DNA of 64,000 nucleotides from Escherichia coli (GTDB taxonomy: Bacteria > Pseudomonadota > Gammaproteobacteria > Enterobacterales > Enterobacteriaceae), in NCBI RefSeq assembly GCF_003790525.1, contig NZ_CP033636.1. One strand, given 5' to 3'. Below, one piece after another: positions 39,215 to 46,727 of the stretch (within the stretch, counting starts at the first letter, position 1; every line of letters begins with the position of its first letter). Both the position numbers and the translations under genes were made by a program. Below the pieces are notes generated by a model, which was not told the DNA's origin, did no database searches, and saw nothing but the letters and a program-made list of their open reading frames with translations.

Positions 39215-39242
39215 ATTTTGCTCCTTATTCCTTCATGGAGCA
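39215..39242 (-). other. Hairpin that pairs with the SD of the 73-aa gene
   Basis: TTTGCTCC (39215-39222) pairs with GGAGCAAA (39235-39242); on the mRNA the AAGGAG SD lies inside the stem. Confidence 0.45.
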
Positions 39243-39285
39243 AAAAGACCCACCGGGGCCTTTTGCCCCGATTGGGTAGAGTTTA

Positions 39286-41298
39286 TTAAGAAAGTATTTG
39301 ATGAACTAGCTTACTGACTTCAATAGACAATAAAGAAGTATCATCAACTGTTACGAAAGTGTCCGTTTCAAAACCAATTATTTCATCAGTCTTAATACCA
39401 ACACCAACGATTTCTATTCCATTACATTTAGCCTTTTCCATAACTTCGCCGATAGTAAATTCCGATTTATTCGGATAACCATCAGTTATAAGAAAAATTA
39501 TTTTCCTATCGAATTGGCTGTCAAGTAACAGATCAACAGCTGCCATTAAAGCCGATCCCGTAGGGGTATAATAACCCTTACATCCAAGAGTGAATTTCGA
39601 TAGAGATTCCTCAACGCTTTGATCAAACGTTTTGATAATCTCAAATTCACTTTCCTTGAAGGGAAAGACTATATTGGAGACATGCATTTTTGACAAACTT
39701 TCAGCGGCCATCGATAAAGCAAGATCTGACTTAATGGCATGAATATATCTTTCATCATTAGCCATTGACGCTGAAATATCACGAACTAATACGAGGCCAA
39801 CATGCCCTCTATTTTTAGATTCGCTTTGAGCTCTGAAGACATCACGAACTCCCATTGGTGACAGAATTAATCGATTTCCATCGAAGGTAATTCCACGCTC
39901 ATGAGTTTTGTTTCGGCCACGCATTTTAACCTGCTGTAAAACAGACAAGTCGCTACCGATTGAATGACTCAGAGACAAAGCCTCATTGTAAACATTCAAA
40001 TCGATAAGGAGATCAGGGATATCCCATTCAGAAGCACCGAATTCGGCTTTCACGTCATCGGATACTTTTGATGCAATACCTTCAATCTCTTCAGCCAAAG
40101 CATCGTGATAATCTTCGCTATCCTCATCACTGCCAAGAAAGGCATCCAACAAATCTGCCAGTATCTCCCATTGAGCCGATGAAAAGTTACTTTCATCTTC
40201 AACGTTAGTCGAACTGGCTTCATCTGATTCACTCTCGGAAGGGTTAATCGCATCAGTATCGTCTTCAATAATGTTATCACCTGTGGGATTGCCACCGGTG
40301 GGTTCATTATTTCCCTCGTTATCTTCAGCAAGTTCTGAAGGCTCAGAACATCCCTCTTGAGCAAGATCAGAGTTATCGGAAGTATCTGCCTGACCTTCAC
40401 TATCGTCCTCAGAATCATCCTCACGACTATCAGTCGACTCAAGCGATTTATCTTCTGATTCGGTATCGGTATCGGTATCGGTCTCGGATTCATCATATGC
40501 CTCCTGCTCCTCCTGCTCTGTCTGCTGCTGTTGTTCCCTTGCCTCATCCCGCAGTCTCTCTAAAAGAGCCAGGGTCTTACGAGCAAGGGATTCACAGCCC
40601 TGAGTATTTTCACAACCAAGAGCATCATGAAAAATTTCCTCAACATCAGAAATTACTGGAGAAAGTATCTTTTGGGCATAGTCAAAAAACGGATCGAGTG
40701 TTTCTTTGTGACCTGCCTGCTGAAGGACTTTTACTCGCAATGAGTTAAGCAGATACCACTCAATAAATAGGACAGGATTTTCCGGACGAGAAGATATATC
40801 AGGAGTCATCCTTCCGGCTTTAACCATCAGTGCGTAAGTGGCTGCAAGCCGCCGCTTTGCATCCGGATAATCGTTACCAACCTTCTCTTCCATCTGTACA
40901 TCATCGAACAGATTTATAAGCCCGGTAAGACGTTTTGCCCTGCTATAAGCTTTACGTTTCTCAGCGAGGCTCTCAAACTCTGCATTCATTCCGTCATCGA
41001 AGCGTGTAAACCCTTCAGATGACTTGAGAACACTATTAAAGGCGTCACTGTAAACCTCGCTGTCGGTATAGCGACCATGACCAGCTTCATGACAGGTAAA
41101 ACCTTCAATCAGACTGACAAAGTCATCATCGCTATAATCGCCGTTTGGTAAAACACAAACTTTATTTACAGGATCAAAATACGGTCCTTTGGTATTGTCG
41201 TCTATTACAACTCTTACATCGCCTAAGCCGCTAATGACTTTTGCTATATTCTGTAAACGCTTAATATGGCGCGGTGATGATTTAAGATCTAATTTCAT
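39286..41298 (-). CDS. vWA domain protein with acidic low-complexity region (CobT-like)
   Basis: 670 aa; C-terminal vWA (LVLVRDISASM...FLITDGYPN); central acidic, Asp/Glu/Ser-rich region with TDTDTDTE repeat; AAAGAGG SD. Confidence 0.65.
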   Translation of the reverse strand: MKLDLKSSPRHIKRLQNIAKVISGLGDVRVVIDDNTKGPYFDPVNKVCVLPNGDYSDDDFVSLIEGFTCHEAGHGRYTDSEVYSDAFNSVLKSSEGFTRFDDGMNAEFESLAEKRKAYSRAKRLTGLINLFDDVQMEEKVGNDYPDAKRRLAATYALMVKAGRMTPDISSRPENPVLFIEWYLLNSLRVKVLQQAGHKETLDPFFDYAQKILSPVISDVEEIFHDALGCENTQGCESLARKTLALLERLRDEAREQQQQTEQEEQEAYDESETDTDTDTESEDKSLESTDSREDDSEDDSEGQADTSDNSDLAQEGCSEPSELAEDNEGNNEPTGGNPTGDNIIEDDTDAINPSESESDEASSTNVEDESNFSSAQWEILADLLDAFLGSDEDSEDYHDALAEEIEGIASKVSDDVKAEFGASEWDIPDLLIDLNVYNEALSLSHSIGSDLSVLQQVKMRGRNKTHERGITFDGNRLILSPMGVRDVFRAQSESKNRGHVGLVLVRDISASMANDERYIHAIKSDLALSMAAESLSKMHVSNIVFPFKESEFEIIKTFDQSVEESLSKFTLGCKGYYTPTGSALMAAVDLLLDSQFDRKIIFLITDGYPNKSEFTIGEVMEKAKCNGIEIVGVGIKTDEIIGFETDTFVTVDDTSLLSIEVSKLVHQILS
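40183..40193. repeat. AAAGTWACTTT palindrome copy 7 (inside vWA CDS, S-N-F register)
   Basis: Exact match tgAAAAGTTACTTTcat. Confidence 0.9.
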
Positions 41299-41314
41299 AG
41301 AATACCTCTTTATA

Positions 41315-41362
41315 AAAAAGGGGTACTCACCCAGATGGTGAAGTACCCATCTGGGGTTTTTA
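41315..41362. terminator. Bidirectional terminator-like palindrome between the 379-aa gene and the vWA gene
   Basis: AAAAAA-GGGGTACTCACCCAGATGGTGAAGTACCCATCTGGGG-TTTTT; nested stems CCCAGATGG/CCATCTGGG and GGGTACT/AGTACCC flanked by A6 and T5. Confidence 0.6.
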
Positions 41363-41375
41363 ATAAAGCAAACAG

Positions 41376-42503
41376 TTACCAGCCTTTGAGCTCGATATCA
41401 AAACCATTTTCAACATTGTCTTCCTGTTGCGAAACTGATTTCTCAGGTTCAGCTACAGGATCAGTGTTTGAAAACGTGCTGTTATTTATATCGTTCTCTA
41501 CGACAGGTTCAACCTGGAACACATTTGTTGAATCTAAAATAGCTTCAATACCTGTGTTCTGTAGCGCGTTCGGTTCTGTTTGTGAGCTTTGATTAAATGA
41601 TCTGGTAATAGATTCCAACCAGTCAGTAACCTTTTGCTCTCCTGAAATAATACGCTTTAACATTGAAGCATCACTCATGAAATAAAACCACTGCTGTAAC
41701 ACCGCAACGTCGCGAGGTTCAGAAATGGCACCTTTAGGTAAATTATTCATTATGTGTTTTATAGCTTCTGCAAGTACTGCCGCCTCTTTATGTATAAACA
41801 TGAAGCTAATGATCTTATTTTGCATTTGCTTCAGTCGGTCAATAGTACTTGAGCGCAAATTGTTATTTTTGCTAATTTTTTCATAAACCTTCATTGCTTC
41901 TTCTGCCAGATCTGTTATCAATTGTTCCTGATAGTAGTCCTGGGTTTCATCACCTTCAACGCTAATAGGCGTAAAAGGAATAAAGTGAGCAATATTAAAT
42001 CTAAAGGATTTTATGAAATCATCTTTAGTTAATTTCAACTGATCAATCAAAGAAGACATTCTTGGGCTTCTATTTTTTTCAGCCTCAATATGCATCTCAT
42101 AATTGTCTACAACGTTTTGAATACCTGCCTGAAACTCTCGTTCAATCTCTTGGGCCCCTTCCAGAAACTCTTCCATACTGGATACTGGTAAAATCCACAT
42201 ATTGCTATAGCGGATGCACAAGCGTGAGCAAAGAGTTGATATTCTGCTGGTAATCGTACTTTTGAAGCTAAGGGCTTTTATGTCAATCCAGCGTACTTCG
42301 CTTTTAGATACGCTTTTTTGATCCGTAATATCATCTCCATCATAAGACAAATCGATTTTATCGGTTCGACGCGATCCTTGACAGCCACTTATTTCAATTT
42401 TTGTTATAACTGCACCTTCCAGTAAATCTGGATATGATTTTGCAAAATTCTCAGAGATTTGTTTTGCAGATACTTTGTTAAGCATTGAAGTATTTAAAGT
42501 CAT
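41376..42503 (-). CDS. hypothetical protein (about 375 aa)
   Basis: ATG at 42503 preceded by GGAG; the track ORF starts at TTG 42515; sits between the AAA+ and vWA genes. Confidence 0.45.
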   Translation of the reverse strand: MTLNTSMLNKVSAKQISENFAKSYPDLLEGAVITKIEISGCQGSRRTDKIDLSYDGDDITDQKSVSKSEVRWIDIKALSFKSTITSRISTLCSRLCIRYSNMWILPVSSMEEFLEGAQEIEREFQAGIQNVVDNYEMHIEAEKNRSPRMSSLIDQLKLTKDDFIKSFRFNIAHFIPFTPISVEGDETQDYYQEQLITDLAEEAMKVYEKISKNNNLRSSTIDRLKQMQNKIISFMFIHKEAAVLAEAIKHIMNNLPKGAISEPRDVAVLQQWFYFMSDASMLKRIISGEQKVTDWLESITRSFNQSSQTEPNALQNTGIEAILDSTNVFQVEPVVENDINNSTFSNTDPVAEPEKSVSQQEDNVENGFDIELKGW

Positions 42504-42871
42504 GGGTTTCTCCAAAAAAAAGGGGAAACCCTCCCCAACGGGAAAGATTTCCCGATAGGGTTGATATTAAAGCTTCTCTGGTGAAATTAAAAGAATACCG
42601 GGAAACTCAGCAACAACATCATCATTGCCCATTGCTCCCTGATACATATAACCTTTTAATTCCATTTGTTTAATCAGACCTTCCATATTTATTTTACCAT
42701 CATGATAAAACAATAAAGAATAGTCGTTATTCAGTTGCATAAGTCCAGTAAAATTAGTTCCGTTTTTTGCTATAGCAATGGTAGCAGCACCATCCGTACT
42801 TAAAAACGCACTAAATTCAAGATGGGATAACTCTGAGATACAAATATCAGAGGTTTCATAACAAATCCCAT

Positions 42872-43930
42872 CTAACTCGACTTTTTTGCTGTGAAATACT
42901 CCAGCGATTTATCCTTGTCTTCGCCAAGAGAAAGATCTATAGCTTGAAGAACAAGATCGACCACATGTAAAGGTAAAGCAGAAGCAAAAGCTATTTTGAA
43001 AGTGTCAAGAAGACTAAAGGTTTTTAACGTCATCGACGTGCCAACCCAAGCTACTAATTGACGAATATCCATCACACTGTCTTCTGTACCAGAGTCATTT
43101 ACTGCAATCGCTACTCTTACGAACTTCTCAATGACCTGAAAAGGCAAAGAGCTATATCGTTTAGTAAGCACATTGGTTAAAGCAACTTTGTCGGGCTTCT
43201 CCATTTCAACTATCAAGAACCGCTTTATAAAAGCTGCATCTTGACGTTGAGAAGAAACGAACCGGCGAGCGCCTCCACTCATGTTTGTGTTTGCAGTACC
43301 AATAAATCGCGTGTAGCCATTAGCAGTTATAACCTCACCACCATTAGCACTGAGTGACCAGGGCTTACGTTCAATGGGCATGTGAAGTTTTGCTGCCGTA
43401 TCAGGATCGATTTTGTCCACTTCATCCAGAAGAATGAGGTGACCATTACGAAATCCCGTTACCAAATCGCTGTGTACAAAACCTGTATTACCACCATTAA
43501 GACTGCGCTCACCTTCAAGCTCATCAACTCGAATATTGCTGTTGATCTGCTTAATTGTCAGCGGCCAATTCATCATGTGGCTAATGTACATTACCATTTC
43601 AGTCTTGCCAGAACCGGACTCACCTTTAAGACACACACTTAAATCTATATCCGGACTGATAAGCAGTTTAACCACTTGTTCAAGTATTCGGGGATTTGGT
43701 ATGTAGTCTTTGTTCAGCGGAGCTCGATACGAGGTTTTAGTTTTGAAAACAGGCACAGCCATCTTTGGATCCATTTCTGGAATACCAAAAAGGTCCTTTG
43801 CTAGAACTAAAAGATACTCACCTTTATCCACATAATGTTTTAACTTTATAACATCCGGGGAAAGAAGAGCTTCTAATTTTTCATAAGCATCAGAAGATGT
43901 TTCATTTAACTTCATAGCGGCATTAGACAT
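42872..43930 (-). CDS. AAA+ ATPase (MoxR/CbbQ/CobS-like)
   Basis: Walker A GESGSGKT and Walker B LILLDEVD; 352 aa; paired with the downstream vWA gene as in MoxR-vWA and CobS-CobT systems. Confidence 0.7.
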   Translation of the reverse strand: MSNAAMKLNETSSDAYEKLEALLSPDVIKLKHYVDKGEYLLVLAKDLFGIPEMDPKMAVPVFKTKTSYRAPLNKDYIPNPRILEQVVKLLISPDIDLSVCLKGESGSGKTEMVMYISHMMNWPLTIKQINSNIRVDELEGERSLNGGNTGFVHSDLVTGFRNGHLILLDEVDKIDPDTAAKLHMPIERKPWSLSANGGEVITANGYTRFIGTANTNMSGGARRFVSSQRQDAAFIKRFLIVEMEKPDKVALTNVLTKRYSSLPFQVIEKFVRVAIAVNDSGTEDSVMDIRQLVAWVGTSMTLKTFSLLDTFKIAFASALPLHVVDLVLQAIDLSLGEDKDKSLEYFTAKKSS

Positions 43931-43987
43931 TTTTAACTCCGGTAAAATGCAAACACCGCCCTCTGGCAGATGTTTGCCAGTGGCATT

Positions 43988-44965
43988 TTATTTGAGATTC
44001 ATTTGGCAAATAGTTGCCATCAGTTTCCTGATTTGAGGCACATTATAACCAAGATGATTTCCCACTATTTCAAAAGCTTCAGACATGATCCATTCAAAAT
44101 GATTTTCGAATATTGGATTGATTTCTAACTTGCCAAAAGCGTTTCGTTTAGTTAACAGATCACATGAAACAAGCTCGTCAAACAACTCTAATGTGGATTT
44201 AAAAGCTTTTATGTAAACATCCATAATTTCCCTGTCAGTCCATTTAACAGCCAGTTTTTTTTCTGACATTAAATAATCCTGATCAAAGAAGATGTCCCAG
44301 CCCATATCGTCATTGCAATCATGCAAAATGATTTCATCATCATTCCTGCATTCAGCTAATTTCGTGTTTTCACTAATCGAACGATGCGAATGATAATAGA
44401 GCCATGATTTTAATTCCGCTCTAAATTCACATGCATCAAGTCCATGACATAAACAAGTGTATTCAAATGATTTTGACATATACCACCGTGTTTCAGCTTC
44501 TAAAAGTGGATTCACTGTGATATTACCATTGTCATCTTTGAAGAATAACTTTCTCCTCAACACTAGTTCTTTAATGATTTCCAAAGACTCTTCCATAGCG
44601 GATAGAAAAACAACATACACATCCTCAGGGGTCCATTCTATTACCAGACCACCCAAATCTGGGTTATATTCTTCAACCGTATATAGATAATCTGTTTCTG
44701 CTGCAAAATTAATTGTATGCAAAATCTGATTTTTAAGTAATTTGGATTTTTCATAAAGGTGATTTTCACGCCTTTCAGAATCATAATTTATCTCAGAAAT
44801 GTTACTTTCTTCTGATTTAAAGTTTAATCCGGACGTGTAAGCATCATTTAAATGCTCTTTGGGTGAATCAACTATTTGCGTTATTTCATCTTCATCTATA
44901 TCGAGTATAGAAAAAAAACTAAGTTGATTACTACTTATTGCAGTAGCCCTAAATTTTTGTTTCAT
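43988..44965 (-). CDS. hypothetical protein (325 aa)
   Basis: ORF from track; GGAG SD. Confidence 0.45.
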   Translation of the reverse strand: MKQKFRATAISSNQLSFFSILDIDEDEITQIVDSPKEHLNDAYTSGLNFKSEESNISEINYDSERRENHLYEKSKLLKNQILHTINFAAETDYLYTVEEYNPDLGGLVIEWTPEDVYVVFLSAMEESLEIIKELVLRRKLFFKDDNGNITVNPLLEAETRWYMSKSFEYTCLCHGLDACEFRAELKSWLYYHSHRSISENTKLAECRNDDEIILHDCNDDMGWDIFFDQDYLMSEKKLAVKWTDREIMDVYIKAFKSTLELFDELVSCDLLTKRNAFGKLEINPIFENHFEWIMSEAFEIVGNHLGYNVPQIRKLMATICQMNLK

Positions 44966-44978
44966 GGGGACTCCAAAA

Positions 44979-45005
44979 GGAGAAATCCCATGAAGGGATT
45001 TCTCC
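44979..45005 (-). repeat. Perfect 11-bp-stem hairpin, arm-swapped relative of the hairpin at 34844
   Basis: GGAGAAATCCC-ATGAA-GGGATTTCTCC; same stem sequence as 34844-34870 with the two arms exchanged; followed on the minus strand by UUUU, SD and ATG. Confidence 0.7.
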
Positions 45006-45025
45006 CCTTTAGGGTGGGTTTAATG

Positions 45026-45403
45026 TCAGATCTGATTAAAGCTACTTTGTCCAAAACCTTTTAGAGGTTTAGGTATGTGAGCCAACTTACTTGTTGCTAC
45101 CACTCTCATGTAGTCAAGAGGATGTTCTCTCCCTTCAATCATAATAGTATCGACAACAATATAACCGGAGACCATCAACTCATCACCCTGATTTATACCA
45201 GTGAAACAGGTTGAATACATTTCAGGCGACACCTTGATTTGAACTGAAAATTCTCTCTCAGTGATTTCACCATCAACTTCTGTCTTCATCCTATTTTTGA
45301 GCTTTATTAACAAACCTATACTCTGGTCAGTCATTTTTTTCTCCACAGCACTGATAACTATCCCGGACACTTTTACTTCATTGATATATTCAAGATATGA
45401 CAT
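45026..45403 (-). CDS. hypothetical protein (125 aa)
   Basis: GAGGAG SD. Confidence 0.4.
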   Translation of the reverse strand: MSYLEYINEVKVSGIVISAVEKKMTDQSIGLLIKLKNRMKTEVDGEITEREFSVQIKVSPEMYSTCFTGINQGDELMVSGYIVVDTIMIEGREHPLDYMRVVATSKLAHIPKPLKGFGQSSFNQI

Positions 45404-45460
45404 TTTCCGCTCCTCGATTTGTTCAAAGAGAAGCCCCGTTAGGGTTCCCCCTTAACAGGA

Positions 45461-46333
45461 TTAAATAAATTTATTAGTTACATACATGAACGTGCAGACT
45501 ACCAAACAGGCAATTCCGGCAATATGTAACCAATTTCTTGTTGGTTTAGTTGGTGCAATCGCTAAAGAGTTCTCCAACTTCTCTGTTACAAGACGTCGAT
45601 TCTCTGCTTTAGCCGCATCATCTAAATATTGAGTTTCACGCTTAGCGAGAGTCTCAATTTTCGATTTTATTGCATGGTCCCATCCTTTAGTTTCAAAAAC
45701 GCTTAACTCACTAAAGGTGTGCGTCATGAGATCTTCTGGGAAACCCAGTTTTTTCATTAACGGACGAATGGTATCATACATTTTTTCTACATTTTCGTAG
45801 TGGGCCTTTACTGCGACATCAAAACGCTTACGTAAAGTTAATTTTTCACGTTTGCAAATGATGTCCGAAACCCAATTTATTAACTGCTCATTTTTGAGTT
45901 CACTGGCTTTTTCAAGTGAGTAATCCAGATTATCCACGTCAAGAAATGAATTTAATCCGTATTTTTCAAACTCCTCAACAAGATATTTATCCAGTTCAGT
46001 TAAGCTTTTAAAAAGTGGTACATCTGGGGAAGCTTTAAGAAGCTTATAAGCTCCTTCGAAATCAATTTTCTTGACCACGAGCTCCACAACATCCACATGA
46101 TAATAGCTTGAATAAGCAGAAAGCTTTTCGGCCAACAAAGACACAGGCTTAAGAGACTTAAGTTCAATGATATTTGGGCCGTCCTCATTCAAAATAACAA
46201 TCAGTTCATTATCACGTTCTGTATATTTCATCAGAACTTCTAAGAGCTGTTTGTTTAGCGCCTTATCCATCTCTGGAATAATTTCACTAAAGGTTTGATG
46301 AAGGGCTTTACTGCGAGCTTTATTTTTAGACAT
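45461..46333 (-). CDS. hypothetical protein with C-terminal membrane anchor (290 aa)
   Basis: C-terminal hydrophobic helix WLHIAGIACLVVCTFMYV; AGGTGA SD. Confidence 0.45.
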   Translation of the reverse strand: MSKNKARSKALHQTFSEIIPEMDKALNKQLLEVLMKYTERDNELIVILNEDGPNIIELKSLKPVSLLAEKLSAYSSYYHVDVVELVVKKIDFEGAYKLLKASPDVPLFKSLTELDKYLVEEFEKYGLNSFLDVDNLDYSLEKASELKNEQLINWVSDIICKREKLTLRKRFDVAVKAHYENVEKMYDTIRPLMKKLGFPEDLMTHTFSELSVFETKGWDHAIKSKIETLAKRETQYLDDAAKAENRRLVTEKLENSLAIAPTKPTRNWLHIAGIACLVVCTFMYVTNKFI

Positions 46334-46462
46334 TTGGGGTCACCTATATATAGTAAGAAGGAAGAAACAATTTTTTGTTTCAACACGAAGGCAAAGCCTG
46401 TCATTCATCTCCCGTAAGCTATGAACCGCCTGATTTATACTATCTGGCATTAGAAGTACGCA

Positions 46463-46487
46463 ACAAAAATAGCTCCAGGAGGAGCTA
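46463..46487 (-). terminator. Rho-independent terminator about 240 nt downstream of the helicase gene
   Basis: On the minus strand: TAGCTCC-TCCT-GGAGCTA followed by TTTTTGTTG. Confidence 0.55.
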
Positions 46488-46628
46488 AATTAGTTACGGT
46501 TTGGTAAATTCAGATTGCCTTTTTCAGGCATGGGAAGTGCACCAGCGACAAAGGTGACATTTTGCCGGTGGTGTCTTACAGCTTGTTTAAGCTGGCCGCT
46601 TTTCACGGCTAAATCAACGCTTAACGCG

Positions 46629-46639
46629 AAAGTAACTTT
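46629..46639. repeat. AAAGTWACTTT palindrome copy 8 (intergenic), paired with an inverted partial copy
   Basis: cgAAAGTAACTTTaagcAAAGTTACTcaa; the two copies can form a 9-bp stem. Confidence 0.9.
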
Positions 46640-46727
46640 AAGCAAAGTTACTCAAATTTGGGAGCTGATATTTAAGCTCATTGTTTTTATACTATAGCTT
46701 TAAGCATAAGTAAATGCCCATATCGAA

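Noticed and set aside
40050-40547. 165-aa minus-strand ORF inside the vWA gene
   Set aside because: Alternative frame of the acidic repeat region; Arg/Pro-rich low-complexity translation typical of an out-of-frame read
31537-46727. Possible CRISPR array, given the many intergenic palindromes
   Set aside because: The hairpins are not identical direct repeats, are not regularly spaced and are separated by full-length genes
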